Shown here: in pieces, positions 11,625 to 24,870 of the stretch | Layout of the letters: each line of letters begins with the position of its first letter | Position numbering within the stretch: position 1 is the stretch's first letter | Source: Chiloscyllium plagiosum | Taxonomy: Eukaryota | Direction of reading: 5' to 3' | DNA: 64,000 nt | Assembly: GCF_004010195.1 (NCBI RefSeq) | Contig: NC_057711.1 | Span: forward strand, 79,270,866 to 79,334,865 | Translations under genes and position numbers: made by a program | Notes under the pieces: generated by a model | What the model was told of the DNA's origin: nothing | Databases searched by the model: none | Seen by the model: only the letters and a program-made list of their open reading frames with translations

Positions 11625-14040
11625 TGTTTGCAACAGCTGCCAACACATCTGCAGCAAGTTTTCAGGCTTGAGCAGCTTTGACTCAGAGGCTGTATGAGCT
11701 GGAGGTTGAATTACAGACACTGTGACTCATCGGGGAGGGGGATAGTTGCTTGGATTGTTGGTGCCAGAGGGCAATTGCACCTCTTTGCGTTGGGTGTTCT
11801 GATTCGGAGACTGGGGAATGTGATTGCAAGTGAAGCAGGTCAGAGGACAGTAGCCTCAGCCTTTGCAACTGTTCAGCAGATTTGAAGTTTCTTTTGCTTG
11901 CCTGTAGTGTGGATGAACTAAGTATTCATAACAGTGTAATACAGGAAACCATTTAAGAGGGGGGAATGTGAAGGACTGCAGTGATAGTAAAGCACTGTGT
12001 GGTGAGGGGGATCAATCTAGTTCTTGATAACAAAGGGTGAGTCCACATGATTGTGTTGCCTACCTGGTGTTTGCTTTTGTAACATCTGCACAGGACTGTA
12101 GAGGAACTTGTAGTGGAAGGGGAAGGATATAGTCTTCACAGTCCACATGAACAGATTTGACACAGCAAAATGTTCAAGGTATTATCCAACTAAAAGAAGT
12201 CATGTAATTGTGCAAAATCAAGTGATAAGTCACAAGATATAGAATATATAAAAACAAAAAAGTAAAAAGAGGGAATAAATAGATTATGAGGGAAAACTGG
12301 CCAAAAACATAAAGCAAATAATAAAAGCTCTTATAAATATTAAAAGAAGAAAGAAATTAACAGAGTGAACATTGGTCCTAAAGAAAGTGAGACTGGAGAA
12401 TTAGTAATGGTAAACAAGGAAATGGCAATTTAATTGAACATGCATTTTGCATTGGTCTTCACTATGGTGGATGCAAGTAAAACCCCAGAATTAATGATAA
12501 TTGACATAGGGAGGAACTCAGGAAAATCACAATCAGCAGAGAAGTGATACAAAGTAAATAACTGGATTTGCAGGCTGACATGTACCTAGCCCTTTCAGAT
12601 TTCATCCAAGAGCCTTAGAAGAAGTGACTGGTGACATAGTTGACACATTGGTTTCAAATTTCCAGAATTTCCTCGATTCAGGATCATTTCCTTAGATTGG
12701 AAGATTGCAATTTTAACCTCTTCATTCAAAAAGGGAGGAAATGAGAGGGTAGAAACTACATGCCACTTAGTTTAGCATCTGTCATGGGGAAAATGTTAGA
12801 AGCAATTATTAATGATGTTATAGCACAGCACTTCAATAAAATTAAGATAATTAGGGTCAACATAGTTTTGTTAAAAGCAAAACATGTTTTACTAATCCAT
12901 TACGTTTTTTGAGGAAGTAACATGTGCTGTGGATAAAGGAGCGCTGGTGGATGCAATGTACTTAGATTTCTATAAGTCATTTGATAAAGTGGCATATAAA
13001 AGGCTATTATGGAAAACAAAAGCACATGGTGTGGGGGTCAGTATATTGACATGGATAGAAACTTGGCTAGCTAACAGGAAGTAGAAAGTAGATATAAAAC
13101 ATTCTTTTTCAAGTTTGTGAGATGTATTAAAATGGTGTCAGGAGTCAATGCTGTTTGCAATTGAAGTAAATTACTTAAGGAAAGTGATGGCAGGTATAGT
13201 TGCCAAATTTGCTGACAACACAAAGTTAGGTCGGGAAGTAAGCTATGAAGAGGACATAAGGCTACAAAAATATATAGATAGGATATGTGAATGATAGGAT
13301 ATGGAAAATGCAGTATAATGTGAGAAAATATGAAATTGTTCATTTTGGCAGGAGGAATGAAAAATAAACATTTTATCATAATGGTAAAAGATTACAGAGC
13401 TTTCAAAGACAACAGAATCTGGTGTCCTCATGCATGAAACACTAAAATGTTAATATATGGATAATACAAGTAATTAGGGAAGATACAGACTGGTATAATT
13501 TATCACGAGGGGAATTGAATATAAAAGTAGGGAGATTATGCTTCAGTTACTCAGAGCAATGGAATACTGTGCACATTATTGATCACTTCATTGAAGGAAG
13601 TATGTAAAGATATCAGAGGTATTTTTCGAGAAAGTTTACTGGATTAATACCTTGAATAAGTGCAATGTGTCATGAGGAAAGGTTGGAAGGCCTAGGTTCA
13701 TATGTGCTCGAGTTCAGCAGAGTAAGAGGCAACTTTATTGAAACATATTAGATCTTCAGGAATCTTGTTGACAGGGTAGGAGTAGAAAGGATACTTCTTC
13801 TTCAACAATCTAGAACTGGGGATCAATAATGAAAAATTGGGGGCCACCCATTTAGAAGAAAGCTAAGACAATTTGCTTTCCTCTGGGACTGTCACGAGTA
13901 TTTGAATTCTCTTCCTGAAATGGTTTTGGAAGCAAAGGTGGCTAGGGAAGAATATGGATTTGAGGTTAAATTCAGATCAATGTGAATCAAGATCAAAGGA
14001 CTGAATGGTCAACTCCTGCTCTTATTTTCTATGTTTGTAT
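11625..14040 (+). mobile_element. Old CR1-type LINE with ORF1 remnant (Cys-rich/coiled-coil, esterase-like) and deleted ORF2
   Basis: 11629-11730 encodes CNSCQHICSK...ELEVELQT; 11980-12165 resembles the CR1 ORF1 esterase region (CCLPG); downstream RT motifs (YLDF.KSFDKV, KFADNTKL) and 3'UTR. Confidence 0.75.
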
Positions 14041-14112
14041 AAAATATTGCCTTTCCTCATGTGCCAAATCCATCCTGCTTTTTTGCCTTCTTAGGTCCAT
14101 TATTGATTCATA

Positions 14113-14242
14113 ACAGAGTCTAGATTAGAGTAGTGCTGGAAAAGCACAACAGGTCAGGCAGCGTCCGAGGAGTAGGAAAATCGACGTTTCGGGCAAAAGC
14201 CCTTAATCAGGACTGAAGGCAGGGAGCCTCCAGGGTGGAGAG
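14113..14242 (-). mobile_element. Short Penelope-terminus unit with 11-bp TSD
   Basis: attgattcata at 14102-14112 and 14243-14253; hammerhead-like core mutated to CTGATTA. Confidence 0.8.
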
Positions 14243-15744
14243 ATTGATTCATAGCACCCAATCTGAATTGATACTTCAAACTTTGCCCTGCCCAAGTATT
14301 TTCTCAATGAGCCCAACCACAAGTTCTTTTTGGCCTACGATTATAAAATCTTGCTTTCACACTCTCATTGTCTCTGTGAAGCTCCTAGGATCCATGTTGC
14401 ATGTTTGAAATCTGCATAACATTGATATCTGCCAAAGACTTGTTCTTTTAAGATAACTAAGAGTTAAATTAATGGATTTTCTTATGTCATTGTGCTGTCA
14501 ACCCAAAACATTTTGATATAAGGCATTAATTTCCTTGTATGTACTAATGTATTGGGTTTACACAATCTGTAGTGAACACTTCAGCCCACAGTAATGTTCT
14601 TATCTTTCTGGATCCAATGAACAATTAATGCGTTAGATCTGTGGGGTTACAATTGACATAAAGATTGCTTTTTCAACGTGCATGCAACTTACTTTGTGTA
14701 AACCCTATTCCACCTTCCTTTCCAGATAATTTTAATACATTTTGAAAACTTGATAACTTGAAGTCACTGAGATCAGTATAATATAACCACAACATACAAA
14801 AAGTATCTTTTTCATTTAAATATAATTTGTAAGGATAGCAAATCAATGAATTTAATTATGTTTCCACCTGTAGTGGGTAAGGAAATCATTTTTCATTTGG
14901 AAGAGGGAAAGCAGGAGGAACGGTGAAAGTTGTAAGGTAAAGGTATATTGGAAGAAATCAGAAAGAGGAGGACAGGGAGATAAATGAGGTTCAGTAATAG
15001 GATATCATGAAGAAGTAATGATACAAGAGGAAAGAGGGAACAGTAAAGCAAGATCGAGGATGGAGGCAATGGATTAGGAGCAGGAAGAGTTAGACAATAA
15101 GAAAGATGTTGTTTGATTAGCAGGACAGCAAGAAGGTGAGTGCGACTGGTGATTGAGAGAAGGCAGAGAAGCCAAAGAAAAACAAGACAGAGAGATAGAT
15201 AAGCAAATAGACAGAATCCTGACTCTCTGCAAGTAGATGCTTCAAAAAATCAACTGAAATGGTGGTACCTGATCCCTAAAATAGAGGCACAATATTTTCT
15301 CTTCTCACTGATACCGGAATGATTTTTTTGAGAAAGAGTTTAAATTTTAGAATTAGAAGTTTCCTTTTAAAACTGATTAACTTTGACATTTTTAGAGATC
15401 TGATGTTATTGACATCAGTGACATTCTGATATTGATACAAAGAGGCATTCATTTTAATTTTGCAAAAAGTAGGATGTTCAAAGAATTACAAAGGGTATTA
15501 CAATGATTTGTGTTGATAAGTATCCATGATGCAAAGCCACTTGGTACTGTATACCAAATGTATGTTGTGACATCTGGAAAAAGTGCACTTGATGATAGTT
15601 CTTGGATTTGAGTCTAAAAATATGACTGTTTCATAGAAGAAAACATAATGATTTTTTAAATACAGAACTGTGCATTTCTCCATTACAAAATATGATTGAA
15701 GGCTAATTGGGTATTGTCTTGTTTTTGAAATGCCAAATGAGGAG

Positions 15745-16258
15745 ACATTGTGGAACAGAATGGGTCATAATTTAAACTGTTCAATGGAGCTGGGATGCAG
15801 GGCAATTTGGCAAATTTGATCCAAATTGGCTTGGTGGCAGGAGGCAAAGGGAGATGGTCAAAGAATTATTTCTGTGGCGTATAAACCCATGTCCAGTAGC
15901 ATTGACAAGGTTCAGTGCTGGACCCCTTGCTGCTTGTTGTGCACATTAATGATCTAGGATATGAGTATAGGAGGTATGATGACTAAGTTCACCAATGACA
16001 GCAAAATTAGTGTGTGTTAAAAAGCCAGGAGGAAAGCCTGAGACCATGGTATGATGTAGACTAGCTGGTCAGATAGGCAGAGCAGTGGCACATGGAATTT
16101 ATTCCAGAAAACTGTGAGGTGTTGCATTTTGGGACAACTAACAAAACAATAGAGCATGTGATGAATGGTAGGACTTGTGAAAGTACAGAGGATTGACAGG
16201 ACCTTATTGCGCAGATTCTTGAGGGCAACAGGACAGGTGAATATGATGGTTAAGAAGT
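15745..16258 (+). mobile_element. CR1-type RT fragment
   Basis: 'caaggttcagtgctggacccc' (QGSVL.P), 'aagttcaccaatgacagcaaaatt', 'tggcacatggaattt...tgtgaggtgttgcattttggg'. Confidence 0.8.
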
Positions 16259-16598
16259 CACGGTGGCTCAGTAGTTAGCACTGCTACCTCACAGCACCAG
16301 GGACACAGGTTCGATTCCAGCCTTGGGTGACTGTCTGTGTGGAGTTTGCACATTTTCCCTGTGTCTGCGTGGGTTTCCTCCGGGTGCTTGGGTTTCCTCC
16401 CACAATTCAAAGATATGCAGGTTAGATGAATTGTCCATGCTAATTTTCCCATAGTGTTTAGGGATGTGTAGGCGAGGTGCATTAGTCAGGGGTAAACATG
16501 AAAGGAATGGGTCTGGGTAGGTTACTCTTTGGAGGGTAGGTGTGGACTTGTTGGGTCAAATGGCCTGTTTCCACACTGTAGGGATTCTACGATTCTAT
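16259..16598 (+). mobile_element. HE1/V-SINE-type SINE
   Basis: A-box 'tggctcagtag', B-box 'ggttcgattcc', tail 'gggattctacgattcta'. Confidence 0.92.
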
Positions 16599-19500
16599 AA
16601 GGAAGTGCAGAAACTGAAGACTCGATTTGAGGAAGAAAGGAGTAGGTGACCAAGTAGAGGAGAAACAAAAGGAAGTGGTTTGAGTACACACTGAGAGGGA
16701 AAAGAGCAAATGCATGAGAAGAGAGGAGTGTGAGTTCCAAACCAAACAAAAACAGTAACTTCTGGAGAAATTCAGTAGGTCTGGCAGCATCTGCTAAAAG
16801 AAAAACATTACCATTTCCTGGCTAGTGACCCTTTGTCAGAACAGTATGAATTCTAATCCATTCAAATTTTTTCTGCCTCTCTTTCTCTCTACTTCTTCTC
16901 CCAACTTATTTCTGATCCCCCTTCCTCCTCTCAGTATTGTATCTATTTCATTGGCAAGCACAAAGCAGACTTTGAAATACTTTTCAGCGTGCCCTTTCAA
17001 AAATTGCACAAGTGATAGTTTAGTAATTGGTCATTGTCAAAGGAAGTAGGAATTTTGAATTTGCAATTTGAGGATTTGATATCTGGTATCAGAGAATCTG
17101 AATCCAAATATGATTTGTTAAGTTCTCGAATGAGTTTATCAGCACAGTAAGAGGATGACAATGAAATAGAGCAGTTCCACTCATTTTGCCAATGCCTGTT
17201 GTAATTATTGAAATTCCCTTAATGTGACCCAATACGTTTTTAAAGAGGTACAAAGGGAACCCAGTCATAAAACAAAGTACACAATTTTAAATATATTTTT
17301 CAATAAAGAAAGTATTGAACTTCAATTCCACTGCCAAATCATAAGTATTCTTCAACTGTAAAAATATCCAATGAGTTTTGTGGAGAAATTCTGCATGACC
17401 TTCTTGGAAGTTTGATCCCAATTAGGTCATTCTGAGGCATAAAATATGTAACAGTTAAAAAATATACTACAGTAGGTAGGAATTTCTTATTGCTACTACA
17501 TGTATGAATTAAGAGCCTTGGATAATTACACATAATTTTGCTAATTGAAGGGTACTTACTGCACAGGATGTGATTATTAAAAATGGCTAGTTGTAAAATA
17601 ATTTGCCATAAAAACCTGCAAATTTAATTCAAGAATCAGCAGCTGAAATGTCATCACCCACCACAGAGGATTAATCATTTTCTAGTGCAAACTGGCTAAT
17701 TCTATAATGGCACACTGTGAAATTAGCAGCATTTTATTGTGTTAATTATCTATGGGGTAGGACGTTATTAGTTCTGACAAATGCAAATGAGAAATGTGCT
17801 CTCAGGATAAAACAGAACCAAAGGTGAAACCTAGCACACTGAGGTCATTCATAACATTTGTGTGCTACCATTGAAAGGCTTATAATTAAAATACCTTAGT
17901 AATAAAAAAAAGTGCATTGTAATGCATATTTTATCCTCATTTTTGTTTCATAATACCCTTTTTAACAGAATAGCACTTTGGTTTTGCTAGATAATAATAC
18001 AAATTATATTCCTCAAGGGAAAACAAATTTTGAATGCATGAGTTTAATCTCATATAAAGCCAAACCTAGTTTTTCATGCTTAAAATGAATCATTTGCACA
18101 AGAATAATTTCAATAAAACACAGTTCTAGCTGTTTCAATGCTAAACTTTCTTTGAATTTATTTTATCCTCTGTCAGTATTGCCCTGATATGTCCTCTTAA
18201 ATTGGATCTCTAAGCCTTTCATAAAGTTTAATAAATCTTCAGCAATTCACCCAAAGGAAATTATATTAAAAACCTTCAAATGTGAAGTTTGGCCCAGACA
18301 CAGCATTGGGAATTATATCACCATAATCAGGTTGTAATGAAAGCTTCTGTCGCTGTAGTTCCCACTCATAATCTGCCTGTTTTTATGAAAAGGGGCCTTG
18401 TCTGGGTTCATATGCAGCTTTAATTGGAAGATGTCTTCATTTCATTCCAGTCTTCAGGGATAATAACTTGCCCCATGTTTAAACATAGGCCCTCACTGCT
18501 GATATTTTTTCATTTAGTAAAGCATGGCTCTTTAAATGATTTAGCAAATCATCATGAATGCCAGCCAAATGATTGGCAGCTTATTGCCAGTGCGCCATTT
18601 GTATGACATTTGTTCACTCTCTAAGAAAGCCGCAGCAGGTAAACAAATAACACCATTTCTGTGTGCTTTCCTGTTTATTTTCTAATAATCAAATGACATT
18701 TGTGCAGAGGCAAATGCTGCTGCAAATTATGGCAAGAAGTAATCAGGTTTAACACTGTACCCTCATTGCCTTAATCTTTTGAAGGATATGATCTAAAATA
18801 CTATCTTATGAGCTTTGATTTTTATTTTCTGGAAATTTAAACTGTTTGAGAATGTATGGATCCTTTCACAAACAGAATGTAAAAGTGGCCTAGCACAATC
18901 ATTGGCAGTATTATTTTTCTGCAAATGCTTAACTTTTCATCACTTCTTATCTTTTCATCACTCCTTTTACAGCTTTGTTCCTGTTGTATTTTCCATTAAG
19001 CTTACTTGGCAAATCTAATATGGTAATAAAACAGCAAAGTGCTTTCTAATATATATAATGAGGAGAACCTCATTATAAAACAATATAAGTTAAGAACCAG
19101 AGTGACCAGTAGTTTGTAAAGGTCTCTACATTGATTTACCTATATGATTAATAACTGTTCAAAAAAAAATCAATGATCTGCATATGAGAACCTAGATCGA
19201 TCTGATCACATCGTGGTATTGATTATCCTAATTAAATTATCAGAGTAACTTTTGACACCATGAATCACTCGCTGGAAATATATTTTTTCCAGGTTTAACC
19301 AACTGCAAGAAAGGCTGTCAAATTTTGAGAAATAAAATTGTTTTATGCAAAATAGCTGGTGTTTCGCTTTTGTATTGCAGTGGATATGCAGTCACAGATT
19401 TCTCATACAAATGTTATGATGCACACAAATGTCAAATCCTATATAACAATTATAACACTTTACTCTCAGAAATCCAATGCAATTGCTGTAGCAATATTCC

Positions 19501-20239
19501 CATTATGAATACGGATGTGCTGAGCTCATAAAATACACACCCGCGAAAAAGAAGAAATGATAAAAGCTCTATTAAGCTCTGCTTGAATGATATTGTCCTA
19601 GCACTGGTAAAGAAGATTTAACTGATGTCTGCAAGATTTGATTCTGCAGAACAAAATTCAATTACCTCGATAATCTGATTCTGTTATGTTCGGCGGTCTC
19701 TCAGGTAAACTCAGAGAACAAAGAATAAGGCAAAAATTAAAATATAAGGTACTGCAGAAAGAAAATATAATGAGGACCTATTAACTTTAATGCATATCAA
19801 TGTTTTACATTTAAAACATGCCTCATAAGTATGACCAGCTACTCATATTGATAATGAATTGTTTTAAGTACGGAGTACATTATTCAATATTCTAAATATA
19901 TTTTTAACTGCTAAGTTGTTGAGATAAAGCAAAAGATCAAACAATACCATTGTCTAGTATATGCTGTCATGTCAAACTAAAGGAATGTGTGTATATTTTT
20001 ATTGGTTACCACTTAATGTTTGTAATCAGCTTTTCTTTATGTGGATGCTAATGGACGTCTTTCACTTATGATCTTGGCATTTAGTTGATTCTGGATCTGT
20101 TTACTGAGAAATGGGAGCCAGCAGTTACTTATTTTCTTTACAAACAACAGGGTAAACCAACAAGTGAACAGTGATTTTTGAAAAGCAGAAAGAATTTGTC
20201 GGTCCAGTAACTTCACACTTTGCGCCTTTTGAAATATTT

Positions 20240-20570
20240 TTGAAGTGTAGGCATTAGTTGCAATGTGGGAAAAATGGCAGGTAATTTTCTGCAGAAACAT
20301 CTCAGAAACAGTGATTAAATAAAAGATCAGAGCATCCGCTTCATGTATTAATCAGGATATAATTCTTCAAACTGCACCATGGAATCTTTTCCATCTACTG
20401 TTTAATTGTAGGCGGAGCCTTGGTTGAGCATTTCATTCAAAGGTTTAGTATTCCTTCATCACTATTGAACTGTAATCTGGATTATGTGGTAAATATGCTG
20501 TGGAGTGTGGTTGAACCTACAACCTTTTTTTTACTGAGGCACAAATGTGCTACTGTGGAGCCAAGACTCT
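20240..20570 (-). mobile_element. Old Deu-domain SINE (SacSINE1/AmnSINE1-like)
   Basis: 'tgcaccatggaatcttttccatctac', 'gccttggttgagcatttcattcaaagg' and 'ggttgaacctacaacc' resemble the Deu-domain and tRNA head as I recall them; needs alignment. Confidence 0.6.
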
Positions 20571-21009
20571 CAAAAAGGTGAGATTTTGTCTGAACGACAG
20601 AACTTGAATAAAACAATAATTCTGGAATGTCTTATACTTGTACACATCATATATATACTAATTTTCTGGACTCCAATGATCATCTGAATTAATATATGTA
20701 TCTTTGTGCTTTTTAAACTTGGTCTTAAATGTAAATTTATTCCTTTCTTTTCATTTCCTCATATGCTTTTGTGTTAATGTGTCTGCTGTGACAATCATCC
20801 CCCCGATTTGAGTAAATGCATCAACCAAATTTCTGATTGAACCCTAAAGAGAGTTTGCTGTAGGTCAATTTAAAAGTTGGGTTTTCATAATTCAAGGGTT
20901 CAGGGAAGCAAGCATAGTTTTCTCCTGAAGAGAACAATAAATTGAAACAACTCTGCTTCTGGATATTCATTTTAACTTTCTCCCCTTTCCAGAAATGAAA
21001 CTGACGTTT

Positions 21010-22060
21010 CAACATGGATGTAAAATTGGCTGAGTGACAGGAAACAGAGAGTAATAGCTGATGTATTTTTGTTGGGCTGGAAGAAGATTTGTGGTGGAGA
21101 TCCCCAGCGGTTAATATTGGGACTCTTGTTTTTCCTGATATATTAACAATCTATATCTTGGTGTGCACAGAATAATTTCAAAGTTTGCAGATGACTGAAA
21201 ACTTGGAAGAATTGTGAGGAGGACAGTGGAGAACTGCAGAAGTACATAGACAGGTTGGTGCAGTGGATAGATAAGTGGCAGATGAGTTTCAATGCAGAGA
21301 AGTGTGAGGTGATGCGTGTTGGGAGAAAGGAGATTGAAAGACAATAAAAAAAAGGAACACAATTCCAATGGAGCTGCGAGAGCAGAAAAAATAGATATGT
21401 GCTCAGATCATTAAAAGTGGTAGGATAGGTTGTGAGAGCAGTAAAAAAGTAAAGCACGCTATTGAAATTGTTTTTAGACACTTGTTAGAGCTCAGCTGGA
21501 TCACTGTGCACAGTTCTGGGTGTGATTTCATATTAAGGATGTGAACACATTGGAGAGAGTAGTCATCCCTGGGACAACTCTTGATTTGCAAGAGTAATTC
21601 CAGGAATGAGGAACATTAGTCATGGGAATAGATTGAAGAAATTGGGGCTGTTCTCCTTGGAGACAAGAAGGCTGAGAGGAGGTTTGATAGAGGTTTACAA
21701 AATCATAAGCAGGTTGGATAAAATAAATAGGAAGAAACTGTTCCAGTACATAAAAGGAACAAAAAAAGGCATAGATTTAAAGTCATGTGCAAAAAGAAGC
21801 AAAAGTGACATGAGGAAAGACATTTTCACACAGTGAGTAGTTAGGATATGGATTGCCCTGCCTGGAAATGTAATGGAGGTGGGTGCAATCGAAGCGTTGA
21901 AGAGGGCATTAGGTAATTATTTGGATCAAAATAATGGGCAAGGGGTATGGCAAAAAGGCAGGAGATTGACACTAGGTAATGACGCTCATTTAACAAGCCA
22001 GTGCATGCACAACGGGCCTTCTTCTGTGATGTGACAATTCTAAGAGCTTGTGATTCTGAG
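21010..22060 (+). mobile_element. CR1-type LINE 3' fragment
   Basis: 'aagtttgcagatgac' (KFADD); ORF 21606 'RLKKLGLFSLETRRLRGGLIEVYKI'. Confidence 0.85.
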
Positions 22061-22264
22061 ATTGATCTATTACAAATGAGCCAAAACTGTGACCAGAGTC
22101 CAAATTAAAAAATAATGAGTTGAATAAGTTCCTAAATAAAAACTAACAGGAGTGAGGGGAGAGTCCAGTAACTGAAACGATGTTTCAAACAAATAAGCAC
22201 CTGAATCTAACATGGGAGCAACAGTAAATTTCAATACAAAGATATGTTTGGAAAAGGACTTAGC

Positions 22265-23140
22265 TTAAATGATGTAGATGAGAATATGGGAGGGCTGTTA
22301 AGTAAATTTCTGGATGGCACAAAGATTGACTGTGTTGTTGATAGTGAAGAGGGAGGTATTAGATTACAGGAGAATATAATCAGATTGGTCAAATGGACAG
22401 ATCAGTGGCAGATGGAATTTAGACCTGACAAATGTGAGATGATGCAATTTGGAAGAAGGAACAAGACAGAGGAGAACTCAATGAATGGCAAGAGATTAGC
22501 AAGCTCAGAGGAACAGCGGGATCTTGGAGTGCTTGTCCACAGATCCTTGAAGGCGATAGAGCTGTTTAATAGAAGGAAATATGGACCATTTGGTTTTATC
22601 AGTTATGGCACAGATTATAAGAGCAGGGAGTTCATGTTGAAGCTGTACAGAAGGAGATTGATCAGGGTGTTGCCTGGGTTGGAGCAATTCAACTATGAAG
22701 AGAGGCTGGATAAGCTCACATTATTTTCTTTGGAGCAGATGATGTAGAGGGGAGTTACCTGATTGAGGTGTATAAAATTATGAGGGGCATGGTTTGGGTG
22801 ACTAGAAAGCAGCTGTTCTCCTTAGCTGAAGGGGCAATAGCAAGGAGGCATAACTTTAAATTGGAAGGCCGGAGGTTTCGTGGGGATTTGAGGAAAGAGG
22901 TCTTTGATCCAGAGGGTGATGGGTATCTGGAATACCCTGTTTGGGAGGATAGTTGAGGCTGGAAACCTCACAACCTATATAAAAATATACTTGGATGAGC
23001 ACTTGGAAGTGTCATAACATTCAAGGTTATGAGCCTAGTGTGGGAACGTGGGACTAGAGTAGATACCATACATTTTTGCCGGTAAACAGACTTGATGTGC
23101 CAAAGAGCCTCTATGTTGTATGATTCTATAATTCTATGAC
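22265..23140 (+). mobile_element. CR1-type LINE 3' fragment
   Basis: ORF 22244..22747 'WQMEFRPDKCEMMQFG...EQRDLGVLVHRSLK'; tail 'tatgattctataattctatga'. Confidence 0.88.
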
Positions 23141-23924
23141 TTTAGCACTGGGCATTTGAGAGTTGTAGCTGGGAGAATACAATTGTAAGTACCCAGTGGG
23201 ACAAAAATACCTGGGTTACTTAAGATTCTGCTTGAGGTTTAGACTTCAGTCAATAACCAAATAGTGAAAAGAGGAACTTGAATCCAAAACTGATCAAGGT
23301 ACCCTCTCCAAAATAATTACCCAGCCAAATTGCAGTGGTTTGAACTGGAAAATATGTCAATATGGTTAGAACAAAAATGGGAGAAAGAAAGAGTGTTTCA
23401 GTTGAGAGAAAGGGAGAGACAGAAAAGAGAAGAAAAGAAACAAGCTTTGCAACAAAGTTACTGGATATGGAATTAAAAACACAAAACAAGTGAGTTCATT
23501 GAGAAAATTACCAAGGCATTTCCCTAAATGTTTGGGAAAAGTCTGGGTGATGTCTCAGAAATTGCGCCTACAGAATCCACAGCAGTCCAGAGAGAAACAG
23601 GACGAGGCCAGGCAAGTCCCAGTCAGCTACAGGGAGCTGAAGAGGTCCCAAGCATCCTAAAGGGTTTGACAGAGCTTGTAAACATTGGGGAAAAAATGAG
23701 AGAGAACCATAGTAGTCAGAGAGGTTAAGCCAGAGCATGCCAAATTAAAAAAGACTCAGCATAGAACCCATGGAATCTAAAAAGAACAAAGAAGACCTTA
23801 TTCAATTAAAGGAGGTCAGGATAGACCTCCCAGGAGTTATACTTGTTGAAATTGTAAAGTGATCTACATTGAATGTGAAAGTCTCACAAGTGATATTCAA
23901 TTTTTTCTCTATCTTATTACCTTT

Positions 23925-23974
23925 AAAATCACATTCCCATAATTGTAAAATCACATTTCTACAATTGTAAAATG
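23925..23974 (+). repeat. 22-bp tandem duplication
   Basis: aaaatcacattcccataattgt / aaaatcacatttctacaattgt / aaaatg. Confidence 0.75.
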
Positions 23975-24496
23975 TTCTAAATAATTCCTCTGTAAACCTT
24001 GGGTTTAGCTGATTTTTATTAGGGTGTTCTCAACATAATGTATGCACAAACTCTAGGACCCTGCGCCTGGGAAATCAACTATATTGGGAAAGCATAGGTA
24101 ATAACACTGACTTTGCCTCTTTGTGCATCTGTGTGTGAGGGGTGTGGGATCACCAACAGGTCTCCAGTGGTTCCATAATAGTTGCATAATAGTTCAGTGC
24201 AGATGTTATTTGAATGGCCACTGAGATAGAATTAACATCCACTCCTTTAGGTCACAAATTCTGCTCCAGCAGGTGGCAGAGTGCTGTAATGGTGTCCCAA
24301 AATAACTGTAGTCAGTATTGATGTCAGCTCTGTACCTCCTTTAATTCCTGGGGAGCTCGACATGTGGAGGCTGTTTGGCGTTCCACAGGAAGTTATTGGC
24401 CTTGGCTGGCTGGTGCACCTTTTCTTCCTCCTCAGTTTCGCTGCAACTTTGTGGCTCCATCGTAACAGTGATGATGACCTTTGCCATAGCTGGATT

Positions 24497-24870
24497 AATT
24501 GATTTGATTTGATTTGGTTTGATTTATTATGACCATATGTACCCAGGAACAGTGAAAAGTTGTGTTTTCGCGCGCAGAACAGGCACATCATACCATACAT
24601 AGAGTGCATAAGGGCATAGAACAGAGTGAGGAATAAAATGTTATGGCTGCAGAGAAAGTGCACAAAGAGCAAGATCAATATTAAATCTGAAATTTGAGAG
24701 GTTCATTCAGAAGCCTAATGGCAATGAGGAAGAAGCTATTCTGGAATCTGCCTACTGGAAGACTTTGGAAGAGATTATAACCAGGGTGGGACTGCTCTGT
24801 GATGATGTTGGCTGCCTTTCACAGGCAGCAAGAAGTACAGATGGAGTCAATGGATGGAAGGTTGGCTTGA
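24497..24870 (-). mobile_element. Rex1/Babar-type LINE 3' end
   Basis: (gattt)n tail and inverse similarity to 2470-2880 ('atggagtcaatggatggaaggttggctt'). Confidence 0.75.

Noticed and set aside
14895..15215. Long purine-rich tract
   Set aside because: Low-complexity GA-rich sequence with no periodicity, ORF or termini that I can support.
16258..16482. Recurrent short ORFs such as 'CGRKPKHPEETHADTG' and 'DCLCGVCTF'
   Set aside because: Spurious translations of HE1 SINE copies, not proteins.
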